Positions 44,040 to 53,434 of a stretch of 64,000 bases of DNA are shown piece by piece. The DNA lies in the IMG/VR virus record IMGVR_UViG_3300037042_004723, positions 64,001-128,000 of that record. The stretch is one strand, 5' to 3'. How positions within the stretch are numbered: the stretch's first letter is position 1; every line of letters begins with the position of its first letter. A program made the translations under genes and the position numbers. Origin of the DNA: a virus. The notes below the pieces were generated by a model. The model did no database searches and was not told where the DNA came from. It saw nothing but the letters and a program-made list of their open reading frames with translations.

Positions 44040-46645
44040 TGGATATCGATAGGGAGTTCATCAGGGCCGTTATTCGCGGTGGCAAGCCAGCCGTCCTTGC
44101 GGCGATCGATAGGGATATCGACAAGGAATTCGCGGTCGGCAAGGACGGCAAAGAGAAGGGGTCCTATCTGGCCGGCGATGGCAAGAAGGCGTGGGCCTTC
44201 CTGCGGACTCACTTCGGAAATTACGACGAGGTTCCATCGGTCGAGGCAATCGAGAGCAGCACCGGCATAGATCTGTCCGGCTCGATGAGCGAGTCCTACC
44301 AGTTCTTCCTGGATGAGATTTTCAAACGTCGATTGTGGCAGCTGCAGCGTCACGGGACGAAAGACGTCAGCGAAAAGCTGGAGGCCAAGGACCCCAACGG
44401 CGCCGCCGAGATCTGGATTGAGATCAATCGCAAGATTCAAGAGGAGGCGCTTACCGTCCGCAAGGTTGAGTCCCTGCTGTCGCTGGGCAGGGGCGTCATC
44501 GCAGATTACAAGGACGCGAAGGCTGGTAAGCGAGGCATCCCGACGCCATGGGCGTCGATGGACAACCAGACACTTGGATGGTGGCCGGAAGATCTTATCT
44601 TGTTCGTTGGCCGCCTCGGCGTTGGCAAATGTCTAGAAACTAACAGCATTCTTCAAGATCCGATTACCGGTGTTCAGCGGACTATTGGCGAGGTATTCGA
44701 CGACCCAGGCGCATCCATGGTCATGACATGGAGCAAGGAAGGCGGAGTTCATTCGGCCCCGATCACGGCCAAGATTGACACGGGCCGCAAGGAGTGCCTG
44801 AAGTTTACGCTGGGCACGGGTAGGACGATTGAAGTCACGCCAGAGCATCCGTTTCTCACGCCTGATGGATGGAAGCGCGCGGATGAGATTGCCAAGACGG
44901 ACTCGGTTGCGTTGCCCATGAGCATGCCATTCCCGCTCGCCCCAGCGGCGATGGAGGATGCCGAAGTTGACATCCTTGCGGTGATGCTGGCTGACGGATG
45001 CGTGGTCAATGAGAATTGCGAGTTCACGAAGGGCGATCCGGAGGTTGTTAGAATCGTCAGCGAGGCTGCCTTGACCATGGGCGTCGAGGTGGTCGCAAGG
45101 CCTGCCGAGTATCAGTATGGCTTCAGGAGCGCGTTCGGCGATGGCGTGAATCGCGTGCGCGACCTCATGCGCGAGCATGGCGTTTGGGGCAAGAAGTCGA
45201 CTGAAAAGACGATTCCGGACGCTGTGTTCAAGCTTGGACGGGAGCAGCTTGCTAGGTTCCTGTCGCTGTTTTGGATGTGCGACGGATACGTGAGCACTGG
45301 CGGCCCTGAGATTGTGCTGGCGTCTGAGAAGATGCTGATGCAGGTTCAGAGTCTACTGCTTCGCTTTGGCATCCAGAGCCGAATCAGCAAGAAGCCATCT
45401 CGCTGCAATGGGAAGACGTTTCCGGCCTGGAGGCTTCGGGTCTATTCTTTCTGTCAGGATTCTTTCTTGAAGTCGTTTCCGCTGTGGGGTCATCGTCTTG
45501 ATAACCTTAAGCATATGGCGTCATTGAAGAAGAACTCAAATGTTGGGTTCCCGAAACTATCCAAGAGTCTTCGGAGTGAGATTGAAGAACTATCCCGGGC
45601 TCGGGCTGGCAGATGGAGTGGTGGGCTTCTCAAGGAGGTTGGAAATCGCCTCGGATGGAAGTCTAGGTTCATGACGAGGTCATTGTTCGGCAAGCATGAT
45701 TCCCTGCTGATCGATCGCTTTAAGGTTTTCTGTGAAGTCTATGGCTGTACTGAAAAGTACAGTTGGCTTTGGGGTTCAGGCATTTTCTGGGATCTCGTCT
45801 CATCCATCGAGAATGTTGGCGAAAAGAAGATCTACGATTTGACCGTAGACCCAACGAGCTGCTTCATTGCGAACGATATCGTTGTTCATAATACCTGGAC
45901 GCTGGTCATTTGCGCTCACAAGGCATGGAAGGCCGGTCACAAGGTCTTGGTGGTCTCGACGGAGATGAACAAGATGCAGATGGCGCGGCGGTTCTTTGCC
46001 CTCCATTTGCGGTTGCCATACGACGAGATTCGGCGCGGCAAGTTAGGCGAGTTCGTCGAGAACAAGTTCTTCCAGGGCGTCGAGGAGATCCTGAGCGACC
46101 AGGGCATCGATATCGTTGCCGGTGATTTCGATTATTCGATCGACAATATCGCTACAGTTATCGCAGATATTAAGCCGCAGTTGATGTGTCTCGACGGTCC
46201 GTATCTGATCAAGAACGTCGGCAAGGACAGGCACGAGAAGGTGTCGAACACGTTCGACGACTTCAAGAAAATCGGCAAGCGGACCGGCGTTGCCACGATT
46301 ACCAATCTCCAGTTTAACCGCTCGGCCAAGACTGGGCAGTCCCAGACCATCGCCGCCGACAACATCGGAATCACCGACGTCGCCGGTTGGAATGCCGATG
46401 CCGCATATGGTCTCAATCAGAGCGATGAGATGAGGGCGAACTGGCAGATGGGCATCAAGGGTCTCAAGATTCGCGAAGGCATGCCTGACGAGTTCCTGAT
46501 CAACTGGAACCACGCAGCCATGGACTTCTCTGAGATCGGCGGCAGCCCCCAGCCTTCGCCGGCTGGCGCTGCACCCAAGAACATGGGCGGCGGCGATAGC
46601 TCGTTTGCCATCGAAGAGGAAGGCTTTGACGATGTTCCATTCTGA
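44039..46645 (+). CDS. dnaB: DnaB-like replicative helicase with intein
   Basis: FVGRLGVGK|TWTL after splicing; VSTEM; CLDGPYL; QFNRSAK; IRE. Confidence 0.88.
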   Translation: MDIDREFIRAVIRGGKPAVLAAIDRDIDKEFAVGKDGKEKGSYLAGDGKKAWAFLRTHFGNYDEVPSVEAIESSTGIDLSGSMSESYQFFLDEIFKRRLWQLQRHGTKDVSEKLEAKDPNGAAEIWIEINRKIQEEALTVRKVESLLSLGRGVIADYKDAKAGKRGIPTPWASMDNQTLGWWPEDLILFVGRLGVGKCLETNSILQDPITGVQRTIGEVFDDPGASMVMTWSKEGGVHSAPITAKIDTGRKECLKFTLGTGRTIEVTPEHPFLTPDGWKRADEIAKTDSVALPMSMPFPLAPAAMEDAEVDILAVMLADGCVVNENCEFTKGDPEVVRIVSEAALTMGVEVVARPAEYQYGFRSAFGDGVNRVRDLMREHGVWGKKSTEKTIPDAVFKLGREQLARFLSLFWMCDGYVSTGGPEIVLASEKMLMQVQSLLLRFGIQSRISKKPSRCNGKTFPAWRLRVYSFCQDSFLKSFPLWGHRLDNLKHMASLKKNSNVGFPKLSKSLRSEIEELSRARAGRWSGGLLKEVGNRLGWKSRFMTRSLFGKHDSLLIDRFKVFCEVYGCTEKYSWLWGSGIFWDLVSSIENVGEKKIYDLTVDPTSCFIANDIVVHNTWTLVICAHKAWKAGHKVLVVSTEMNKMQMARRFFALHLRLPYDEIRRGKLGEFVENKFFQGVEEILSDQGIDIVAGDFDYSIDNIATVIADIKPQLMCLDGPYLIKNVGKDRHEKVSNTFDDFKKIGKRTGVATITNLQFNRSAKTGQSQTIAADNIGITDVAGWNADAAYGLNQSDEMRANWQMGIKGLKIREGMPDEFLINWNHAAMDFSEIGGSPQPSPAGAAPKNMGGGDSSFAIEEEGFDDVPF
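44630..45892 (+). mobile_element. intein with LAGLIDADG (DOD) endonuclease in the DnaB P-loop, 421 aa
   Basis: starts CLETNS; TPEHPF block B; MLADG and MCDG motifs; ends IVVHN followed by T. Confidence 0.92.
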
Positions 46646-46901
46646 GCACGCCCAGCGCATGTGCCCTCGTTGCGATGGCGTGGTAACGGCCAAGTCCGCA
46701 TTTGCCGTCCACATATGGGCAGATGGTGGGCGACTTATTTACGATGTAGTTTCGACGAAAAACAACCACCATGGCGGGGTGCTGATGCATATGTCAGCGG
46801 ACCGAGAGTGCAAGGTCGTGGTTTCCGGTTATCTTAGCAAAATGCTTAGAAAGCTAGAGCTTACGATTGATTGCGATACCTCCGCCCTGGACGCCTTCTA
46901 G
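46632..46901 (+). CDS. hypothetical protein
   Basis: CPRCDG; ATG overlapping the DnaB end. Confidence 0.45.
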   Translation: MFHSEHAQRMCPRCDGVVTAKSAFAVHIWADGGRLIYDVVSTKNNHHGGVLMHMSADRECKVVVSGYLSKMLRKLELTIDCDTSALDAF

Positions 46902-46987
46902 TTCCTTGACAATTCCGTTGTTACCTATTAGATTTGATTTGTAAATGGCGCTATACTTGGCGCTGGTTCAAGGCGAAGAGGTACAAC

Positions 46988-47542
46988 ATGGTGTCCAAGC
47001 GAGTTCAGGAAGTGGTTGATCGGTTTGTTGTGGAGTTGATTGCCGTTGCCAAGGTGGACGCGGCTGAGGAGATCAGCAATCGGCTGCGCGGTGTCTTCGG
47101 TGGTGAGGCTCCGGCGCGCGAGGTGTCTCCGGCCAAGGACAGGAAGACGACGAAGGGCTATAAGGTTACCAGGCCGTGTCCGATCGAGGGGTGCGGCGAG
47201 ATTGCGGTGTCCCGTTTCGGGATGGTCTGCAAGGGGCATAGCGAGACGCTGTCCCGTGAGGAAGTCTTGGTTGCGCGTGACAACGCCAAGAAGCCTGGCG
47301 GTGTTTGGGCTGCGGCGGATGATCCTGTCCCGGTCAAGACCCGAAGGACCACGAAGGGTTACACAGTGCTCAGGCCATGCCCGATTGCTGGATGCCAGGA
47401 GAATGCGGCACCCCGCTTCGGAATGGTCTGCAAGGCGCATGGCGCTGCGCTCTCCAGGGAGGAGATCTTGGTCGCCAGGGACAATGCTGTGAAGCCTGGC
47501 GGCATCTGGTTCGGCCTGAAGGCAAGCAAGAAGGTCGCGTAG
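46988..47542 (+). CDS. protein with two tandem CCCH zinc-finger-like repeats
   Basis: TTKGY.V.RPCPI.GC.E.A..RFGMVCK.H...LSREE.LVARDNA.KPGG.W twice. Confidence 0.75.
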   Translation: MVSKRVQEVVDRFVVELIAVAKVDAAEEISNRLRGVFGGEAPAREVSPAKDRKTTKGYKVTRPCPIEGCGEIAVSRFGMVCKGHSETLSREEVLVARDNAKKPGGVWAAADDPVPVKTRRTTKGYTVLRPCPIAGCQENAAPRFGMVCKAHGAALSREEILVARDNAVKPGGIWFGLKASKKVA

Positions 47543-47576
47543 GAAGCTTCAGTGGTGGCTGTGCTATTCTGCCTGC

Positions 47577-48017
47577 ATGCCAAGCTGGCAAGACATTCCC
47601 GCACTGGTTCGTCATTCAACCTTGGCGATTTACGGTAAGTCGACTGGTGGCGGCGCCGATGGATTCATCAAGGCGCTTCGTATTTCCAGAGATACGCTTG
47701 CCAAGCAGGGGTATCTCTATAACGGCGAGGGGCTCGCCGTTCTTCAGGACATCCAGCTGACCGGCAAGGGATGGCTTCGCAATCGGAGGCACGATGCCGA
47801 AGGCAGGTCGGGAGATGCGAAAGATCGCCAATTTGCTCAGCTATGGAAGCTAATCGAGTCAAAGCTGGCCGACCTGGACGGCCCCAGCGGCAAGAAGTCG
47901 GAGGCGCCCAAGAACTCCGAGGAGGCAGCCGCTCGCGAAAAGATGGTCGGAACCAAGCCGTTAGAGAAGGGAAAATTTGACGATAGCGCCGGCCCCGTCT
48001 ACCCTCCGCCCAAGTAG
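47577..48017 (+). CDS. hypothetical protein
   Basis: ORF track. Confidence 0.6.
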   Translation: MPSWQDIPALVRHSTLAIYGKSTGGGADGFIKALRISRDTLAKQGYLYNGEGLAVLQDIQLTGKGWLRNRRHDAEGRSGDAKDRQFAQLWKLIESKLADLDGPSGKKSEAPKNSEEAAAREKMVGTKPLEKGKFDDSAGPVYPPPK

Positions 48018-48033
48018 CTTCCGCTACTGAGCG

Positions 48034-49110
48034 ATGAAGATCGAACATATCGAGAAGCTCCTGAATATGCTCGGGTGCGATAAGGTTAGATTAGCTGGTC
48101 CCAAAATTCGCAGCACATGTCCACTCGCGCCCTGGAAGCATGGCGGCGGCGTTGACAAGAACCCATCGCTGGCCGTCTACGTCTCTGACGATGACACTGG
48201 TGGGGTTAATTGCATGAGCGGTGGGTGTAATTTTAAGGGTAGCCTCACTGAGTTGATCTACAAGTTGCAGTACCTCTCGAAGAGGGACCTGTCGGCTCAT
48301 CTCGCGTTCGTGTCTGAGCGCAGTGTGGTTAACCTGGATAAGCGCATGTCTCGTATCGATGCGAAGGCTGGGCATTACGCCATGCCGTCGGAGACGCGAG
48401 AGCCTGCGGTGGTTCTCGGCGGCAAGGATTATTCAGATCCATTGATCCGAGCATCCATGAGCGCCGCGCTGCCGGAATCTGCCGTTGAGATGATGGAGAA
48501 GATGCGGTCCTGGATCGACCAGGAGGCTGCAGCCTATCTTCATGGCCCTGATCGCAGGCTCACGGACGAAACCATCAATAAGTGGAAAATCGGGTGGCAC
48601 CCGCAGGCGAGGCGCGTGTCGCTGCCGCAGTTCGACAGGTTAGGCAGGCTCGTTAATCTCTCGGGGAGGCACGTTCCGTATTGGCCGAAGTGCTTGCCGC
48701 CATCAGACCGGGAGGCCAAGGCGCCCAAGTGGATGCACTCGAACGGGTTCGACCGAGAGATGTTCTTGTTTGGAGAGGACTGGTTCGAGGTTTCCGATAG
48801 CGGGCGCGGAACCGTGTTCCTCGTGGAGGGCGGTTTCGACGTTGTTTACCTGGATCAGTGCGGGCTGAAGAATGTTGCCGGCATCAACGGATCTCACATC
48901 AACAAGACCCAGGTGGACAAGATTCTGAAGTGGTTCGACTCGGTCGTTATCTTGATGGACGGGGATCAGGCTGGAATCGAGGCGGCTCATCGGATCGAGT
49001 CGATGCTGTCTCGAAGGATCCACACGATAACGCACATGATTCCTGACGGGAGAGATCCAAATCAGATGGAAGTAGAGGAGGTTGAGGATCTCAAGACGAG
49101 GTTCCGCTGA
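48034..49110 (+). CDS. DNA primase (zinc finger plus TOPRIM)
   Basis: CPLAPWKH...NCMSGGC; FLVEGGFDV; ILMDGDQAG. Confidence 0.88.
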   Translation: MKIEHIEKLLNMLGCDKVRLAGPKIRSTCPLAPWKHGGGVDKNPSLAVYVSDDDTGGVNCMSGGCNFKGSLTELIYKLQYLSKRDLSAHLAFVSERSVVNLDKRMSRIDAKAGHYAMPSETREPAVVLGGKDYSDPLIRASMSAALPESAVEMMEKMRSWIDQEAAAYLHGPDRRLTDETINKWKIGWHPQARRVSLPQFDRLGRLVNLSGRHVPYWPKCLPPSDREAKAPKWMHSNGFDREMFLFGEDWFEVSDSGRGTVFLVEGGFDVVYLDQCGLKNVAGINGSHINKTQVDKILKWFDSVVILMDGDQAGIEAAHRIESMLSRRIHTITHMIPDGRDPNQMEVEEVEDLKTRFR

Positions 49111-49217
49111 TGGACGCTGCCGGGATCTTGGACGACATCCGTTGACTATGTCAGACCCCCCTGGTAGTGCTGACGGGTCGCCGAGAATGGCGTCGCAAGG
49201 TACCGACAAGGTCCAAC

Positions 49218-49770
49218 ATGAGCAAGTCACCGGAACAGCTTGGCGAGTACGCCGCAGGTCTCTTCGATGGAGAGGGATCCTTTGTGGCGTTCTGGCAGAA
49301 GAATAGCGCCGGTCGTCCAGGCAACGCGCTTGCGTGCTCGATCAGCTTGCACATGAGACTGGACGACGAGCCAGTGGCGAAGGCTGTGATGGATCGGAGC
49401 CGTAGGCTCAAGATCTGAAACGAGAGCGCGCTCGGCAAATCGCGCCCCGTGTGTGATCTTTACCGTGCGCAGGATCGCGGAGTTGCACGATGTCGTTATT
49501 CAATTTTTTAGACAATTCAAGCTTCTCGGTAAGAAGCAATACGACTTTGAGGTTTGGTCGGAGATCGTGGAGGCTGGGTTTCATAAAAGCAAACGATGGG
49601 ATCCAGAGGCCAAAGAGAGAACCTCCAATTTGATAGATTTGCTGCAGTCTTCGCGGAAATATGGATTCTTTTCTGAGGCGATAGCGCCTCGGATTATGCG
49701 CACCACACATCGTGGATGTGCAAATGGGCAGAATGGCCCAGCATTAGTCCTAGTAGGACGAGGAGAGTAG
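49218..49770 (+). pseudogene. frameshifted single-motif LAGLIDADG homing endonuclease
   Basis: YAAGLFDGEGSF in frame 0; continuation ...VIQFFRQFKLLGKKQYDFEVW in +1 frame; break near 49390-49400. Confidence 0.75.
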
Positions 49771-49772
49771 TC

Positions 49773-50564
49773 ATGGGAAATAATCGTTCGTGGTACGAGA
49801 CCGGATACGAGGGCGCGGAGAAAGAGGGCGAGAAGAAGGCGCTAGGATATCCGCCTGATCGCCTCTGGCAGCGCGCCGGATCAAGCAAGGAGATCATCTT
49901 CATCGGAGATGACCCCTTTTGCATCCGCGAGCACCAGTGGCGCGATACGAGCGACCACTGGCACTACGCCACCTGCACGTCGAAGATTCACGATGCTGGC
50001 TGCGGCGCCTGTGGCGCTCCCGGCGTCGGTCGCGCCGACTACGTCGGGCACTATACGATCGTCGATGTGACTGGGTACACGACGAAGGAAGGCGTCGAGA
50101 ACAAGAATCGGTTGATCTTGCTCCCGGCCAAGACGAAGGTTTTGAACAAGTTCAAGATGAAGAAGGAGAATCGCGGATCTCTCCTTGGTCAGCTTTGGAC
50201 TCTTGCCAGGGCAGATTCGAACGCTCCGAATACTGGCGATGATCTCGATCATGTTCGCGAGATCAAGTTGGAGGCCCTTCTGGGCGCTGTCACCTACAAG
50301 GGCAAGCCTTTGAAGGAGATGATCGAGCGAGCCAACGGTAGCGGTGGGGATGCTGAGAAGACCAGGAAGTATCTGGCGTATCACTTCCAGATCCCGGCGA
50401 CCGGTCCAATTCCGATGAAGGTTCCGCAGTTCCACTACCCGGAGCTGATGGCGCCGCTGGACTACGGCGTTCTCAAGTCGATGGTGGCTGATGCGCAGCC
50501 CTTCAACAAGGATGGCGCCAGCAGCAAGAGCAAGAGCACGGCCGACGACGACGTGCCCTTTTGA
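49773..50564 (+). CDS. phage single-stranded DNA-binding protein (gp32-like)
   Basis: His/Cys cluster REHQW...TC...GCGAC; acidic tail TADDDVPF. Confidence 0.65.
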   Translation: MGNNRSWYETGYEGAEKEGEKKALGYPPDRLWQRAGSSKEIIFIGDDPFCIREHQWRDTSDHWHYATCTSKIHDAGCGACGAPGVGRADYVGHYTIVDVTGYTTKEGVENKNRLILLPAKTKVLNKFKMKKENRGSLLGQLWTLARADSNAPNTGDDLDHVREIKLEALLGAVTYKGKPLKEMIERANGSGGDAEKTRKYLAYHFQIPATGPIPMKVPQFHYPELMAPLDYGVLKSMVADAQPFNKDGASSKSKSTADDDVPF

Positions 50565-50573
50565 GATAAGCAA

Positions 50574-51011
50574 TTGGAATTACTGCGGGATTATATCCGC
50601 GACAGATCGATTCCAATTCCATTTGTAGGCTGCTGGCTGTGGCTTCTTTCATTTGGAAGTCACGGCTACGGCAATGCTACGACAAAATGGAGACGGGTCG
50701 AGGTTGCGCATCGGGCGTCATTTATGGCGTTCAAGGGAGATATTCCTGCGGGGATGCTTGTGCAGCATAGCTGCGACAACAAATGGTGCGTTAATCCAGA
50801 CCATCTGAGCCTTGGCACCGATGCGACAAATGCATGGGACAAGCAGATCAAGGCCAGATCGGCACATCATAAATTAACCGACGCCGACGTTATCGCAATC
50901 AAGTGCGCAATCAAGTCCGGATCTCCACTGAGGGCTATCGCAAGAGCCAATGGCATCAGCCAAAAATTGGTTCAGAAAATCGCCAACGGGGAGATTTGGC
51001 AGCACGTTTAA
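50574..51011 (+). CDS. HNH homing endonuclease
   Basis: CWLW...GYG...AHRAS...VQHSCDNKWCVNPDHL..GT...N. Confidence 0.88.
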   Translation: MELLRDYIRDRSIPIPFVGCWLWLLSFGSHGYGNATTKWRRVEVAHRASFMAFKGDIPAGMLVQHSCDNKWCVNPDHLSLGTDATNAWDKQIKARSAHHKLTDADVIAIKCAIKSGSPLRAIARANGISQKLVQKIANGEIWQHV

Positions 51012-51024
51012 GGCTGGGGAACTG

Positions 51025-52446
51025 ATGAAGATTGATGTCGATGGGTGGTCATGGATAAGTCTTGATGATCTAGGTGAGGTCAACGCGAGCATTCTTCGCA
51101 GGAAGTTGACGCTTGTTGATTCGATCAAGAAGTCACCCATCACCCATCGCGCATACCAGGAGAAGGACGGGCTGCTGGGGATCCCCCGGGCATTCCTGAG
51201 AACCTCAGTCACGAACAAGCACGATATGTCGTTCTCGGCGTCGAGCGGTTTTCCGTGGCCTGAGAGGATCAAGGCAGACCCGGCCGATCCATGGGCGGCA
51301 GCTCAAGACGGTGACGTCGACGAGCTTGTCTTGGTTGATGCGTTCACCGGTGCCAAGTCGGAGGATTTCTTCTCCAAGGATCAAAAGACTGGCATCGGCG
51401 AGATACTGAAGGCCCTTGGTGGAGATCGGGTCGGGGATGGCATGGCCATCTTTTCGTCGGAGCAGGCCGGGGCTAAGGTCTGCCTGTCCTTGATCAGGAC
51501 TCTCAGGGTGCGGACGTTGGTGTTGGTGCCGCCTGGAGCGTCGTTGGCCATGTGGCGCACGGTGATTGGAAGATACCTTCCAGACGCCAGGCTTGGCACC
51601 ATACGTCGTGGGGAGCGCGACGTGGTTGATGCTCACGTGACGCTGAGTACCCTTGAAGACATCAAGGATTTTCTGTCGCAGGGCAGGGTGGCGCCGAACG
51701 AATTTGGATTCGTGATCTGCCATCAAATAGACAAGATGGATCCCATGGCATGGGCCAGGGTTGTGCCTTTCCTTTCGGCAGCTAAGCGGCTGGGATTGGT
51801 CAGCCCAGGGGCGTCCTTCACTACCGGGCTCTCTAGGGTATATCGGTACCATCTGGGCGAGCCGGTGTTTTGCGCGGACCCTGATTACGATCTGCCCAAG
51901 ATCCGCAGGGTGTGGTCCAGCTGGAAAATCAGCAATTGGGTCAGGGTGAATCCTCAGTTCGTGTCTAAGGAAAACCTGCTTGATCACATGTGTTCGAGCA
52001 CGACGTACAACCAACACGTCGTCGAGCAGGTCGTCCTGGCTATGGCAGCCGACAGGAAGATTGTCGTGGTGAGCGATCGGGTGCCCCACCTCAGGACCCT
52101 GAAGCTTCAGATCGAGACAGAGTGGGCCGGCAACAGCAGGGTCGTCGACTTCGCTGTTGATGGCATGACTTCGGATGATTTGACGGTTGCCATAGGTGCA
52201 GACGTTATCTTGACAACGTTTTCGTTTGTCAAATCTTTGCCAGAGATCGAGACCGTTGACACGGTCGTGCTGGCTACCCCAGTGAGGGATCCGGGGGCCG
52301 CCGCAAGGGTCTGTTTATCCAAGTGTCCGTCCAAGAAGCCCCCTGTTATCGTAGACATGAGATGCGACGCAATCCCTGTTTGCAGGGACTACGGTAAGTC
52401 CAGGGACTCCTTATATCATTCATCATTTGGAGCAGATAGCGGTTAG
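51025..52446 (+). CDS. SF2 helicase-like protein with degenerate ATPase motifs
   Basis: scaffold RTLVLVP / FGFVIC / VDTVVLATP retained; no GKT, DExH or SAT. Confidence 0.7.
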   Translation: MKIDVDGWSWISLDDLGEVNASILRRKLTLVDSIKKSPITHRAYQEKDGLLGIPRAFLRTSVTNKHDMSFSASSGFPWPERIKADPADPWAAAQDGDVDELVLVDAFTGAKSEDFFSKDQKTGIGEILKALGGDRVGDGMAIFSSEQAGAKVCLSLIRTLRVRTLVLVPPGASLAMWRTVIGRYLPDARLGTIRRGERDVVDAHVTLSTLEDIKDFLSQGRVAPNEFGFVICHQIDKMDPMAWARVVPFLSAAKRLGLVSPGASFTTGLSRVYRYHLGEPVFCADPDYDLPKIRRVWSSWKISNWVRVNPQFVSKENLLDHMCSSTTYNQHVVEQVVLAMAADRKIVVVSDRVPHLRTLKLQIETEWAGNSRVVDFAVDGMTSDDLTVAIGADVILTTFSFVKSLPEIETVDTVVLATPVRDPGAAARVCLSKCPSKKPPVIVDMRCDAIPVCRDYGKSRDSLYHSSFGADSG

Positions 52447-52506
52447 CAACTGATTGACAGTGGAGGATCTATTAGGTAGTTTGATGACGATTTGATGGGG
52501 GAGCAG

Positions 52507-53112
52507 ATGAGCGAAAATGAAAAGGTGACTAGCGGCCGACGTAACGGGAAGGCCGCCAAGCCACCGTCAGTCGCTGCTCCTGCTGTTGATCCGGCCGTGG
52601 AGCCAGAGTGGACGTACCGTGGATGGTACGAGAAGAACAAGGCAGCGCTTTCCCAGCGAAGGAAAGATCGATACCACAAAGATCAAGAGTATCGAGGCAA
52701 GGTCCTTGAACAGAACAAGGACTATCGAGCGAAGAAGTCTCAGGAGAAGCCAGCTCAACCCAAGGTTAAGGTTAGGACTCCAAAGCATCGCAAGCCAGTC
52801 AGCCTGAAGGTGAAGATTGGCGGTCAGATGCAGGAGGTCAACATGGTTCATGTTGGAGCCTTTGCCAGGGCGATAGGTCGCAGCGTGCCTACGATCCACC
52901 AGTGGGAGCGCGTCGGTTTACTCCCACGGACGCCCTTCATGTTGGAGGGCAAGAACAAACAAGAGCGCCTCTACACAGCCGAGATGATTGGGGTGGTTCG
53001 CACCGTATTGAGCACCAGAGGTGCGACCATCTCAGCGTCCGATAGCAGGTTTCGTCAGGAGATTACCGAAGGATGGAATTCCGTCGGCGTATCTATCGGA
53101 GATGAAAGATGA
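52507..53112 (+). CDS. MerR-type HTH DNA-binding protein
   Basis: VGAFARAIGRSVPTIHQWERVGLLP...RLYT. Confidence 0.75.
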   Translation: MSENEKVTSGRRNGKAAKPPSVAAPAVDPAVEPEWTYRGWYEKNKAALSQRRKDRYHKDQEYRGKVLEQNKDYRAKKSQEKPAQPKVKVRTPKHRKPVSLKVKIGGQMQEVNMVHVGAFARAIGRSVPTIHQWERVGLLPRTPFMLEGKNKQERLYTAEMIGVVRTVLSTRGATISASDSRFRQEITEGWNSVGVSIGDER

Positions 53113-53426
53113 AAGCGAAGAATTCTGTCGTTTATGTCACCAGGACAGTCGGGCCAAATCGTGGCCCCACGACTGGGAGCGAAGCTGAAGACGTTATCGC
53201 AGTCCACAAGTTCGAGACTGAGCCTGCAAGGGTGACGGTGGACTATGCGCTGACGATCAATCTTGGGAATTTTGAGTCGGCCAAGATTGGCGTTTCCGTG
53301 AGCGTGCCTTGCTATGCGGAGGAGCTTGACCAGGCTTATGAATTTGCCCAGGCATGGGCAGAGGAACGGCTGACGCGCGAGCGGGACATGATCACGGCTG
53401 GCCGCGTTGGGCAGTCTTCACTCTAG
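53109..53426 (+). CDS. conserved phage hypothetical protein
   Basis: TINLGNFESAKIGV motif. Confidence 0.65.
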   Translation: MKAKNSVVYVTRTVGPNRGPTTGSEAEDVIAVHKFETEPARVTVDYALTINLGNFESAKIGVSVSVPCYAEELDQAYEFAQAWAEERLTRERDMITAGRVGQSSL

Positions 53427-53434
53427 GAATATTC

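Noticed and set aside
49110-49772. Group I intron around the LAGLIDADG gene (GACTA near 49145 / TAGTC at 49745 as P7)
   Set aside because: No P4-P6 core could be built, the primase appears complete, and the next gene has its own RBS. A 5-bp match is weak. An Infernal group I scan would settle it.
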